From positions 1 to 55,251 of the forward strand of contig DATATR010000302.1 in NCBI GenBank assembly GCA_036268695.1: a stretch of 55,251 bases of DNA, read 5' to 3'. The translations under genes and the position numbers were made by a program. The notes under the pieces were generated by a model. The model had not been told where the DNA came from, searched no databases, and was given only the letters and a program-made list of their open reading frames with translations. Positions 8,376-17,912 of this stretch are shown here, piece after piece. The stretch is from Polyangiaceae bacterium. Lineage in GTDB: Bacteria > Myxococcota_A > Polyangia > Polyangiales > Polyangiaceae. The first letter of the stretch is position 1. Each line of letters begins with the position of its first letter.

Positions 8376-9301
8376 GCGACGTAGAGCGCCAAATCACTGC
8401 GGACTCGCTCGGCTTGCACGAGCGCGCCAGCGCGACACCCGCGCGCGAAGGCGCGGAACGCGTCGCGAAGCACGGCGCCGCGCCAGAATGGACACGCGGC
8501 GAGCTCACGCTACGCGCGCAACAAGAGTGGTTCGCGGCCGTCGTCAGCGCGCCGGAGTCCGAAGCCGCGCCGATCGACGACGCTTCCGCGTCGCGCTTGG
8601 TCTCGCCCAGCAAAACGCTGAGCTCACTCGAGCGCATCGAGATATACCGCAGGGGTTATCACGCGCGCTTGATCGAGTGCCTGACCGACGATTATCCGGT
8701 CTTGGCGCACACGCTCGGCGAGGGAGCGTTCGAAGCCTTGTGCCGGACGTACATCGCGCGCCATCCTTCGCGCGGGCCGAGTCTCAATTACTTCGGACGG
8801 CACATGGCCGAGCTCTGCCGCGCGGATTCATCCTTGCCCGCTTTTTGCGCCGATCTGGCCACGCTCGAGTGGGCGATCGTGCTCGGCATTCATGCGCCGA
8901 CCGCGCCCGCCTTGGGCTTCGAAGATTTGGCGCAAGTGCCGCCGGAACGCTGGCCCGGGGCGCGCTTCGAAGCCAATCCGTCGCTTTCGGTTTTGAGTCT
9001 TAACTATCCGGTCAACGCTTACCTGCAGAGCTTTCGCGACGCTCGACCCGCGCTCGCGCCCGAGCCGGGGAAGAACGTCGTGGCCGTATATCGAACCGGC
9101 AAAAGCGTGTGGCGCCTCGAGCTCGATCCTGCGCTCGTTACCCTCGTTCAAGCGCTGGTCGACGGCGCGACGCTCGGCGCGGCGCTCGAAGGCGTGCAAA
9201 CCTTGCTCGCCGATCGCAGCGAGGAAGAAGCCGCCGCGCTCGTCTCGACTTGCTTTCGTCACGCGGTCTCGAGCGGCCTGTTTTCGACGCTCGTGCTCTG
9301 A
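8372..9301 (+). CDS. DUF2063 (HvfC/BufC-like) MNIO partner protein
   Basis: GTGA overlap with the MNIO stop codon. ERIEIYRRGY..RLIECL..DYP, F..L.R.YI..HPS and DLA.LEWA motifs. Confidence 0.88.
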   Translation: MSDVERQITADSLGLHERASATPAREGAERVAKHGAAPEWTRGELTLRAQQEWFAAVVSAPESEAAPIDDASASRLVSPSKTLSSLERIEIYRRGYHARLIECLTDDYPVLAHTLGEGAFEALCRTYIARHPSRGPSLNYFGRHMAELCRADSSLPAFCADLATLEWAIVLGIHAPTAPALGFEDLAQVPPERWPGARFEANPSLSVLSLNYPVNAYLQSFRDARPALAPEPGKNVVAVYRTGKSVWRLELDPALVTLVQALVDGATLGAALEGVQTLLADRSEEEAAALVSTCFRHAVSSGLFSTLVL

Positions 9302-9399
9302 TTCGCACCGCCGCGGGGGATGTAGGCCGTGCGCCGCGCGTAACACGCATGCTAGACATGGTCGTTCGAGAGGTTGGGCTTTCGTCGGGGAGTTGAGTC

Positions 9400-11277
9400 A
9401 TGCGCTTTGAAACGAAGCTTGGTCGCGGATTGCCGCTGTTTTGTTGGTTGTTTGCCGCCTGTGGACCGTCGAATTCGGGGTCAGGGAATCAGGCCGGGGC
9501 GGCGGGGTTCGGCGTCAGCTCGAGTGCGGGAAGCGGCGGAAACTCGGGCGGATCGGGCGCCGGAGCAGCGGGCAGCGCTGGCACGCTCGGCTCCGCGGGA
9601 ACTTCGAGCGGGGGCACGAGCTCCGCGGGTGCAGCTGGCAGCTCGAGTGCAGGCGCGGGAGGTCAGCCACTCTCGGACGTGGGGCCACAGCAGCAAGCGA
9701 ACAAGCTGGACGTGCTGTTCGTGGTCGATAACTCGGTCGGCATGGCTCAGAAGCAAGCGATCCTCGCGTCGTCGGTGCCTTCATTCGTGAGCACACTCGC
9801 CAAGACGAGCAGCGACATTCACCTCGGTGTGATCACGACCAGCCTCGGCAACCACGGCGGCACGATCTGCACGCCATCGGTCGACGCGCCCGAACTCGAC
9901 GATCAGGCTCAGCTCTTGCCGAGCAAGCGCAGTGGCCTCACGAGTTACATGAACTCCGGCTTTCTCGCTTATGACTCCACCGGCAAAGCGGGCGAAACCG
10001 ACGCCGCGCAGGTCGGCGGCGAGCTCTCCACGATGATCACGGCCGCGGGCGAGAACGGCTGTGGTTTCGAAGCGCCGCTCGAAGCGATGTATCGCTTCTT
10101 GATCGATCCAGAGCCGCCGATCGCGATCGTGAACTCGCAAAACACCAGTATGTCGACTGGAGTGAACAGCACCTTGCTCGCGCAGCGCAGCGCGTTTTTG
10201 CGGCCGGACTCCGCGGTCGCGATCGTGATTTTGACGGACGAAAACGATTGCTCGATCAGCGACCTCGGTCTCGGTTGGTTCGTCGCCCAGGCGTCGGCGC
10301 GTATGCCGCGCGCGACGAGCGCGTGCGATACGGATCCGAACAGCGCGTGCTGCCGGTCTTGCGCGCAAAACGAGGCCGCGCCTCCGGCCGGATGTAGCTC
10401 GCTCGCGTTCGACGCGAACTGCGAAGGAGCTCCGGCAGGTTCCTTCGCGACCTGGGACCAAGCGCACGATTCCCTCAACTTGCGCTGCTTCGATCAAAAG
10501 CAGCGCTTCGGTTTCGACTTGCTCTATCCGATCAATCGCTACGCGGTCGGCCTGACCAACCCAATGCTGACCAATCGCGCGGGCGCGCTCGTGCCCAATC
10601 CGCTCTTGACGGGCCGCTCAGCGAGCTTGATCAGCCTATCTGTGATCGTCGGTGTGCCGTGGCAAGATTTGGCGACCGCTGACAGCCTGAGCGCCACCGC
10701 GCTCAGCTTCATGTCCGGCGCGGATCTCGCGACCAAACAGCGCTGGCCAGTCGTGATCGGCGACCCCGAGAACTACACGCCTCCGAGCGATCCGTTCATG
10801 ATCGAGTCGATCGCGCCGCGCTCGGGCATGAACTCGATCGCCAACGCCTCGATCGCGCCCGCGACTTCGCAGAATCCGCAAGCGAACCCGATCAACGGCC
10901 ACGAACAGAACATCCCCGACAACGACGATCTGCAATACGCCTGCATCTTCCAACTCGCCACGCCGAGCGTGTGCGCGAACGGTGACGTCGAATGCAGTTG
11001 CTCGGCGTCGAACAGCGGCGACGCGAGCGCGGTCACGGCAGCCAATAGTCCGACCTGCCAACCGCCCGGCGGCGGCGCCGCGAGCACGACGCAATACTAC
11101 GCCAAGAGCTACCCCGGCATCCGCGAACTCACGCTCGCGCAAATGCTCGGAGACCGCGCGGCGCCGGCTTCGGTTTGCCCGAAGACGCTCGGCGCGACGA
11201 CGGATCCGAACTTCGGTTACGAACCCGCGCTCGCATCCCTCGCGAGTCGCGTCGCGGCGACTCTGAAATCGCCCTAG
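9400..11277 (+). CDS. Cys-rich lipoprotein with Gly/Ser tether and vWA-like domain
   Basis: Lipobox FAAC, Gly/Ser/Ala linker, KLDVLFVVDNSVGM (MIDAS-like), GCGFEAPLEAM, FLRPDS and ILTDENDCS motifs typical of myxobacterial vWA-like lipoproteins. Confidence 0.8.
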   Translation: MRFETKLGRGLPLFCWLFAACGPSNSGSGNQAGAAGFGVSSSAGSGGNSGGSGAGAAGSAGTLGSAGTSSGGTSSAGAAGSSSAGAGGQPLSDVGPQQQANKLDVLFVVDNSVGMAQKQAILASSVPSFVSTLAKTSSDIHLGVITTSLGNHGGTICTPSVDAPELDDQAQLLPSKRSGLTSYMNSGFLAYDSTGKAGETDAAQVGGELSTMITAAGENGCGFEAPLEAMYRFLIDPEPPIAIVNSQNTSMSTGVNSTLLAQRSAFLRPDSAVAIVILTDENDCSISDLGLGWFVAQASARMPRATSACDTDPNSACCRSCAQNEAAPPAGCSSLAFDANCEGAPAGSFATWDQAHDSLNLRCFDQKQRFGFDLLYPINRYAVGLTNPMLTNRAGALVPNPLLTGRSASLISLSVIVGVPWQDLATADSLSATALSFMSGADLATKQRWPVVIGDPENYTPPSDPFMIESIAPRSGMNSIANASIAPATSQNPQANPINGHEQNIPDNDDLQYACIFQLATPSVCANGDVECSCSASNSGDASAVTAANSPTCQPPGGGAASTTQYYAKSYPGIRELTLAQMLGDRAAPASVCPKTLGATTDPNFGYEPALASLASRVAATLKSP

Positions 11278-11293
11278 TTTTTTTGGGGTTAGC

Positions 11294-12841
11294 CTAGTGC
11301 TTCGGAGCGAGTCGCTGGAGCGTCGCTTCGTCGCGCTGCTCCAGCGCGTGTTCGGCTTCGAGGCTCGCGTGGTCACGGCCAATCGTCGCGAACGCGAGTG
11401 TGCGCTCGCCTTTGCGAAACGCGACCGCGCAGTCGAGCTCGTCGATGTTGCCCGCGACGTCGATGCGATCCCAAGCTTCAGCGTGGCCGAGGTACGAAAT
11501 GGTCGTGTCGTAGTGCGCGCTCCAGAAGAACGGCACCGCGTCGAAGGGCTGCTCGTGCCCGAGCATGTTGAGCGCCGCAGTCTCGCCTTGGCGCGTGGCG
11601 ACGACCCAATGCTCGACGCGGATTTTTTCGCCGCTCTCCGCATCCGGGAAGCGCGCGACGTCACCGGCCGCGAATACGTCCGGCGCGTTCGTGCGTAAGA
11701 ACCGATCGACACTGATGCCGCGATCGACTGCAATGCCCGAAGCTTCCGCGAGCTCCAGCGCGGGCCGCACGCCAATTCCGAACACGACCAAGTCGGCTTC
11801 GAGCTCAGTGCCGTCTTCGAGCCGAACCGCGTGCGCGCTGATCGCCGCCGGCCGCGTGCCCAAGCGAAACACGACGCCGCGCGATTCGTGCAGCTTCTGC
11901 ACCCTGCGACCGAGCGCTTCGCCGAGCACGCGCCCGAGTGGCACCGAATCCGGCGCAACAACCGTGACTTCGACTTGACGCGCGCGCAGCGACGCCGCCA
12001 CTTCGAGCCCGATGAAACCCGCGCCGATCACCAGCGCACGCTTCGCACCCGCGCTCTGTTCGATGATCCGCCGGCTATCCGCAAGCGTACGCAGCGTGAA
12101 GACATGCGGCAGATCGGCGCCCGGAATGCTCGGCGCGATCGGCGTCGCGCCAGTCGCGAGCAAGAGCGCGTCGTAGCCGATCTTCTGCCCGTCAGCGAGC
12201 TCGACCGTTTTTGCTTTCGTGTCGACGCGTACGGCGCGCGTGCCTTTACGAAGCTCGATCTTTTGCTCCGCGTAGAACTCCGCGGGCCGAAGCGGAATCC
12301 ACTCTTCGGGCGCATTGCCCGCCAAATAATCCTTCGACAAATTCGGGCGATCGACGGGCGGCGAATCTTCGGCGCCGAGCAGCGTAATTTTTCCCGCATA
12401 GCCCGCGCGGCGCAATTTCTCCGCGGCCGAGTTACCCGCCGGACCCGCGCCGACGATCACGATCGAGCTTGGTTCGCGCGGGTTCCGAGCCGGCGCTTTC
12501 GGTTCGCGCTTGCCGAGCACATACAGCTTGCCGCCGCGCTCTTCGACGTCGAAACAGGCAATGGGATCGCGCGCGGGTGCGCGCTCCGCCGCGCCGGTCT
12601 CGAGCGAAAAGCAGGCGTGATGCCAGGGACAGCGCACGGTCTCGCCGATCAAAATGCCGTCGGCGAGCGGACCGCCGTAATGCGTGCAGTGCGCGCCGAC
12701 CGCGAACACTTTTTCTGCCGAGCGCGCGAGCAACACCGCTTCGCCGCCCGCGTGCCCGACCAACATTTGCCCTTCGCCGAGCTCGCTCGACGAAACGCCC
12801 GCGCTCAAATCCGGACCGCTGAGTTCTTGGCTGCCTGACAT
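11294..12841 (-). CDS. Rieske [2Fe-2S] ferredoxin fused to an FAD/NAD(P)H-dependent reductase
   Basis: Start re-set to ATG 12841 after a GAGGAG RBS. CTH...CPWH Rieske ligands, and GAGPAG, ATG, GAGFIGLE and FAAGD flavoprotein motifs. Confidence 0.95.
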   Translation of the reverse strand: MSGSQELSGPDLSAGVSSSELGEGQMLVGHAGGEAVLLARSAEKVFAVGAHCTHYGGPLADGILIGETVRCPWHHACFSLETGAAERAPARDPIACFDVEERGGKLYVLGKREPKAPARNPREPSSIVIVGAGPAGNSAAEKLRRAGYAGKITLLGAEDSPPVDRPNLSKDYLAGNAPEEWIPLRPAEFYAEQKIELRKGTRAVRVDTKAKTVELADGQKIGYDALLLATGATPIAPSIPGADLPHVFTLRTLADSRRIIEQSAGAKRALVIGAGFIGLEVAASLRARQVEVTVVAPDSVPLGRVLGEALGRRVQKLHESRGVVFRLGTRPAAISAHAVRLEDGTELEADLVVFGIGVRPALELAEASGIAVDRGISVDRFLRTNAPDVFAAGDVARFPDAESGEKIRVEHWVVATRQGETAALNMLGHEQPFDAVPFFWSAHYDTTISYLGHAEAWDRIDVAGNIDELDCAVAFRKGERTLAFATIGRDHASLEAEHALEQRDEATLQRLAPKH

Positions 12842-12997
12842 CCCTGTCTCCTCGCGCTTCGTTTGGACCGCGCGACCAGCATGCCCGAAGGCGAGCGAAA
12901 GGACAGCAGCGACCAAACGATCGCGACGCTTCCGCGAATCGAGTACGTTGCGGCGCGTTGGTTCCGCAGGAAAGCGCGCGGCGGGTTCTTTTTTTGG

Positions 12998-13192
12998 TTA
13001 AGCCTTGCGCTCGCGTTCCGGCGCTTCGGGCGCCGGGTGCACGCGGACGACGCCGTGCTCTTGCAAGATGCGGAGCTTCGTGCGTGTGGCGGCCGGCAGG
13101 CGCTCGTAGTCGCTCTCGGTGACTTCGTTCGGTCCGCGTTGAATCGCGACGCCACCCTCGGCGTGAAAGTGCTCGGTCGATTCAATCAGCAT
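12998..13192 (-). CDS. Small hypothetical protein (64 aa)
   Basis: MLIESTEHFHAEGG...ERERKA has GC-rich third codon positions and protein-like composition. No family recognised and the start is uncertain. Confidence 0.5.
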   Translation of the reverse strand: MLIESTEHFHAEGGVAIQRGPNEVTESDYERLPAATRTKLRILQEHGVVRVHPAPEAPERERKA

Positions 13193-13541
13193 GACGCCAC
13201 CGCGCGTGCCCGTGCTCCCGCCCATACGGTTCGACCTGGGCGACTCTTGAGTGCGGCCGCATGCCCTCAGAACCAACGAGCGGGGCCCGGTCTTCCCGCC
13301 CGGCATTGGTCCCGCAAATGAACGCGACGCTCACGTCTCTCTAGTGTTCGTTCGCGTGAAAAATCGTTTGAAAAAAAGACGGGCGCCTTGGCGCGGAGGT
13401 TCATGCGGCTGAAAAGTTCTTCGCCGCGAGCACGGCCGCGCTTCAGAGCGGCCAGCTTGCAACTCGCTCCGACTCGTTCATCCAGCGGCGCGCGAATAAA
13501 TTGCCGGGCTGGTCCGGGCCAAAGCAGGCACTTTTCGTTCG

Positions 13542-15185
13542 TCAGGTTTCCGAATTTTGCGCGCCGAAACGAATTGCGCGGCCCGCGAGTTCGGCCTCGC
13601 TGAGCCCGGGAGCTCGCGCGAAGAAGGCGGCGAAACGCTCGGCGAGCGCGGTGATGGTGAGGCTCGGGTTCACGGCCAAGTTGCCGGGGATCACGCTGCC
13701 GTCACACACGTAGAGTCCGGGATAGCCGAACACTTCGTGGTGCTCGTCGATCACGCCGTTCGCTGCGCTTTTGCCGATGCAGCAGCCGCCCAAGATGTGC
13801 GCCGTTGCGGGCGTTCGCAACAAGACCTCCGAGATCACGTTTTGCGGCTCGCCCTCGAGCTCTTCGGCCAGGATCTCGGCGGCTTCTTGAGCGATCGGCA
13901 GATAACTCGGTACGCTTTGAGCGCGCGAAGTATCCGCGAGCTTCAACGCGAACGGTGAGCGCCGGAGCCGCAAGCGCAAGTGCTGATCGACCGATTGCAT
14001 CACGAGCAGGATCACCGTGCTCTTGGCCCAATCGCGCACGCGCCACAGTTTGAACATGCGCGGCAGGCGCGAAAAAATGCGCGCGATCATTTTGAGTGGC
14101 CGCGTGAACGCGGAGCCGTTCGGCGTGAGCGGCACACCGAGCAAACGCATCGCGCCCGAGCCGCTCGGGTAGCGCACGCCCTCGATCTTCGTCAGTGAGT
14201 TCGGGTGAAACGCGGCGCCGATTGCGATGCCGCGCGCGAGATCGCGATGCGCGTCGAAGCTCGTCGCGCCGAGCAGGCTTTCGCCGTTGGTGCGCACGAA
14301 ATCCCCGAGCCGCGGCGAGACGTTCGGCAGCGTGCGGTATTGGTCACGATTTTTCAGCAAGAGCTCGACCGTGCCGAGCACGCCGGCGGCGAGGATCACG
14401 CGTTTGGCCGAAAATCGCGGTCCCGAGCTCGCGAAGAGCGCGGTCGTGGAGCGCGTTTCGAGCTCATAGCCATCATGCTTGGGGATGATGCGCGTCACTT
14501 TCAATTCGGGAAACACGCGCGTGCCCCAGCGTTCGGCGAAATAGAGATAATTTTTGTCGAGCGTATTCTTCGCGTTGAAGCGACAGCCGACCATGCAGCC
14601 ACCGCACAGCGTGCAGCCGCTGCGCTCCGGGCCCGCGCCGCTGAAATACGGATCAGGCACGCTGCGGTTGGGCTCGCCGAAAAATACGCCGACCTCGGCG
14701 GCATGGAAGCTAGACGCGCTGTTCATGCGTGCGCTGACGCGTTCGAGCGTGCGTTCGCCCTCCATCAACGCGCGGTTTTTAGTCACGCCGAGCATGCGCT
14801 GCGCGGTCTCGAAATGCGGCGCGAGCTCGGTTTCCCAATTGACGGCGCGGCTCCAAGTCGGATCTTCGAACACCGCGGCGCTCGGGCGCATCAGTGTGTT
14901 GGCGTAGACCAAGCTGCCGCCGCCGACGCCGGAGCCGTGCAGCACCATCACGCCTTTGAGCAACGTGATGTTTTGAATGCCGAAGCAGCGCAGCTTCGGC
15001 GCCCACAAGTATTTGAAGGCGTTCCAGTTGCTCTTCGGGAAATCGTGCTCCGTCCAGCGCTTGCCGGCTTCGATCAGGGCGACGCGATAGCCTTTTTGCG
15101 CGAGCCGCATCGCGCTCACGCTGCCGCCGAAGCCACTGCCCACGACCACGAAGTCGTACGGCTCGCTGTCGGGCGGCTGCTGCAT
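13542..15185 (-). CDS. GMC oxidoreductase, cholesterol oxidase (ChoD)-like
   Basis: VVVGSGFGGSVSA, GVGGGSLVYAN, CTLCGGCMVGC..NAKNTLDKNYL, TAHILGGC and VNPSLTITALAER motifs. Confidence 0.92.
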   Translation of the reverse strand: MQQPPDSEPYDFVVVGSGFGGSVSAMRLAQKGYRVALIEAGKRWTEHDFPKSNWNAFKYLWAPKLRCFGIQNITLLKGVMVLHGSGVGGGSLVYANTLMRPSAAVFEDPTWSRAVNWETELAPHFETAQRMLGVTKNRALMEGERTLERVSARMNSASSFHAAEVGVFFGEPNRSVPDPYFSGAGPERSGCTLCGGCMVGCRFNAKNTLDKNYLYFAERWGTRVFPELKVTRIIPKHDGYELETRSTTALFASSGPRFSAKRVILAAGVLGTVELLLKNRDQYRTLPNVSPRLGDFVRTNGESLLGATSFDAHRDLARGIAIGAAFHPNSLTKIEGVRYPSGSGAMRLLGVPLTPNGSAFTRPLKMIARIFSRLPRMFKLWRVRDWAKSTVILLVMQSVDQHLRLRLRRSPFALKLADTSRAQSVPSYLPIAQEAAEILAEELEGEPQNVISEVLLRTPATAHILGGCCIGKSAANGVIDEHHEVFGYPGLYVCDGSVIPGNLAVNPSLTITALAERFAAFFARAPGLSEAELAGRAIRFGAQNSET

Positions 15186-15358
15186 GGTGGTTCAGTGATT
15201 TAGCATGGCGGTCGAACCCGGCCGGGACAGAGTGCGGACGCCACGCGGCGCACAGCCCGGAGGGCCGATGGTTCCAAGCGCCGCCCCAACCCCCCAAAAA
15301 AAGGCCCCACGAACTGTTCTGGGAATCTTTGTGCCGTTTTCAGCGCGCGCTTTTTTTT

Positions 15359-15386
15359 CGTAGGCAGTTCCGGGGCGCGTGCGTCG
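15359..15386 (+). promoter_or_regulatory. Candidate ECF promoter CGTAGG-N17-CGTCG (copy 1)
   Basis: Ends 22 nt before the ATG of the EF-hand gene. Same motif and spacing at 34784 (+) and 34675 (-). Confidence 0.75.
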
Positions 15387-15408
15387 GAATGGCTGAAGGA
15401 GTTCGAAC

Positions 15409-15750
15409 ATGAAAAGCATCAAGTCGCGCGTGGGAGTTGGCATCGCGGTGCTCGCGCTATTGGGCGGAGTGAGCTCGCTCGCGCTCGCGGAAACCGGCGA
15501 CGCGCGCCCGCAATGTTCGGGTGCAGGCAAGCAATCCGGTGGCGATTGGCAAGCGCACGCCGAAGAACGCTTCAAGAAAGCGGACAAAAATGGCGACGGC
15601 TTTCTGACCCAAGACGAAGTGGGCGACAAACGCTGGACGCACATTCAAGTCGCGGACTCGAACAAGGACGGCAAGATTTCGTTTGCCGAAATGCAGCAAG
15701 CGTTCGCGGACGGCAAGCTCGGTCACAAGCGCCAGAAGCCGCCGGCATGA
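15409..15750 (+). CDS. Small secreted EF-hand protein
   Basis: AAGGAG RBS, signal peptide ending ALA|E, and two EF loops (DKNGDGFLTQDE, DSNKDGKISFAE). Confidence 0.9.
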   Translation: MKSIKSRVGVGIAVLALLGGVSSLALAETGDARPQCSGAGKQSGGDWQAHAEERFKKADKNGDGFLTQDEVGDKRWTHIQVADSNKDGKISFAEMQQAFADGKLGHKRQKPPA

Positions 15751-15759
15751 ACTGACGCC

Positions 15760-16569
15760 TCAGATTCGCGCGAGCCGTAGCGCGTAGACGAGATAGGTGC
15801 GCCCGAGTGGTCCGGTCCAAAGCCATGGATCGAGCTCTTCGGGTTCGCCTGCATGCTCGGCGAGGATCAAATCGTGGTGCAGCATTTCGCGGATTAATTT
15901 GGGGTTGGCCGCGTGGTAGCTCGCGCCTTCGCGCACGATCTCGTGCATCAGCTCGTTGAGTGAGCGATCGGGCGACAATGAATCGAGCGGATAAGTCGTG
16001 GACGAGACGAGATCGCTCGTGAAGAGGCAGCTGCCGCCGAGCTTCGTGAGCTCGACCAAGGTGCGCAGATGCGTCGCGATGATCGACGCGCGAATCGCGC
16101 CGAGCGCAGCGTGGCGTTCGCCGATCGCCTGACGCAGCGCAAACGCCATTTGCGTGAGCACGCACGCCGAAGCCACGACGTCGAACGGCCCGGGCAGGCG
16201 CGCGCGCAGCGTCGCGAGCGTCGCGGTTTCGGCGGCTTCGAGCTCGGCGCGCGTGGGCGCTTTGCGTTGCCATTTGCCGGCGCGCTTGGGCGTGAGCGGC
16301 GAAAGATCGAGCGGTGAGTGCGGAAAAATGCGCGGGCGAATCGCGACGCTTTGACGTGACACGCCGGCCGCGAGCGCGCTCGGATCGAGATCGACCAAAT
16401 GGATTTCGGAAAATGCTTCGGCGAGTTGCTCGAGGTCGATATCGTTACATTGACCCGCGCCGAGAACGCACAACCTGGCGCCTGGGCCACGCGCGCACGA
16501 CAAAAGCGCGCGCGTGAAATGCGCGCGATGTCCGGCGTAGAGCGCCCAATCGTCCGCGGTTTCCGGCAT
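15760..16569 (-). CDS. Hypothetical protein, class I SAM-methyltransferase-like fold
   Basis: LCVLGAGQCND (motif I-like), IHLVDLD (acidic end of strand 2) and FDVVAS. Confidence 0.6.
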   Translation of the reverse strand: MPETADDWALYAGHRAHFTRALLSCARGPGARLCVLGAGQCNDIDLEQLAEAFSEIHLVDLDPSALAAGVSRQSVAIRPRIFPHSPLDLSPLTPKRAGKWQRKAPTRAELEAAETATLATLRARLPGPFDVVASACVLTQMAFALRQAIGERHAALGAIRASIIATHLRTLVELTKLGGSCLFTSDLVSSTTYPLDSLSPDRSLNELMHEIVREGASYHAANPKLIREMLHHDLILAEHAGEPEELDPWLWTGPLGRTYLVYALRLARI

Positions 16570-16673
16570 CCGCTCGATTATACTCGCGAAAAAGTGCCGC
16601 TTTCACGGGCGCGCCGATTGCTGCGCGGGCGAACTTCGACGCCGCTCGGCGCGCCGTGCTAAAGCACGCCACG

Positions 16674-17600
16674 ATGTCGAGTGAGGCCGTGCGCGCGCAA
16701 ATTTCCGGTGTCGTCAGCGACCACCCCGTGGTCTTGTTCATGAAGGGCACGCGCCGCGCGCCGCAATGCGGTTTTTCGGCGAAAGTCGTGCAGATTTTGG
16801 ATGGGGTGTTGCGCGAGTACGAAACCGTCGACGTGCTCTCGAGCCCCGAGCTCCGCGACGGGATCAAAGAGTTTTCGAACTGGCCGACGATTCCGCAGCT
16901 GTTCATCAACGGCCAGTTCGTCGGTGGCTGCGACATCGTGACCGCGTTGCGTGAGTCCGGCGAGCTCGAGCAAATGCTGACCGCGCCGCATGCTCCGGCA
17001 GCTCCAGTCGAGGTTCCCGAGATCCGCATCAGCGAAGCGGCGTTGAACGCCTTCAAATCGGCGCTCGGCGACGCCGACGGCGAAGTCCTGCACCTGAAAA
17101 TCGATAGTACCTTTCAGAACGACTTGTACTTCGGCGCACGGGAACCGAACACGATCGCGGTCGAGAGCGGCGGCATCACGCTGTATCTCGAGCGCGCGAG
17201 CGCACGCCGCGCGAATGGCTTGCGCATCGATTTCATCGACGGCGAAAATGCCGGCTTCAAGCTCGACAACCCAAATCAGCCGCCGACGGTGAAGCAGCTC
17301 ACGCCCGCGGAAGCAAAAGCGCTGCTCGATCGCAACGCGCTCGAGCTGTTCGATGTGCGGCCCGAGTTCGAACGCGCGCTCGCCAGCATTCCCGCCGCGC
17401 GCGCACTCGACGAAGCTGGCCAAAAATACCTACTCTCGCTCGACCGCGGCGCGCCGATTGCGTTCTTGTGCCACCACGGCATGCGCAGCCAAAATGCAGC
17501 CGAACAAGTGCTCGGCGAGGGTTTCCGCAACGTCCACAACGTCAAAGGCGGCATCCACGCCTGGGCCGAGACGGTCGATCCGAGCGTGCCGCGTTATTGA
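16674..17600 (+). CDS. grxD: Monothiol glutaredoxin (Grx4) fused to HesB/IscA-like and rhodanese domains
   Basis: LFMKG..PQCGFS, WPTIPQLF and GGCD motifs. The middle domain ends in IDF..GFKLDNPN. C-terminal DVR..E, CHHGMRS and GGI.AW motifs. Confidence 0.93.
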   Translation: MSSEAVRAQISGVVSDHPVVLFMKGTRRAPQCGFSAKVVQILDGVLREYETVDVLSSPELRDGIKEFSNWPTIPQLFINGQFVGGCDIVTALRESGELEQMLTAPHAPAAPVEVPEIRISEAALNAFKSALGDADGEVLHLKIDSTFQNDLYFGAREPNTIAVESGGITLYLERASARRANGLRIDFIDGENAGFKLDNPNQPPTVKQLTPAEAKALLDRNALELFDVRPEFERALASIPAARALDEAGQKYLLSLDRGAPIAFLCHHGMRSQNAAEQVLGEGFRNVHNVKGGIHAWAETVDPSVPRY

Positions 17601-17633
17601 TTTCGATTCAGTCGAACGTTAGAAGCGAACAGC

Positions 17634-17900
17634 ATGTCAGCGCATCCAACGAACTTTCAGGGCTCGGTCATCGACGCTCTGCGTGAAGCGATCGAACGCG
17701 AAATTCCGGGTAGCCAAGCCAATGTGAGTGGCGGCGGCGGGCATTTCACGATTGAGGTCGTGTCGAGCGCGTTCGCCGGCAAGGGCATGCTCGAGAGTCA
17801 GCGCATGGTGTACGGCGCGATCGCGCACTTGATGAAGGGCGACGCGCCGCCGGTGCACGCCGTCGACAGCTTGAAAACGCGCGTGCCTGCAGCAAGCTGA
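17634..17900 (+). CDS. bolA: BolA/IbaG family protein
   Basis: GGHF.I.VVS.AF.G....QRMVY and VHA motifs. Lies next to grxD. Confidence 0.9.
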   Translation: MSAHPTNFQGSVIDALREAIEREIPGSQANVSGGGGHFTIEVVSSAFAGKGMLESQRMVYGAIAHLMKGDAPPVHAVDSLKTRVPAAS

Positions 17901-17912
17901 TTTCGCGCCGGA

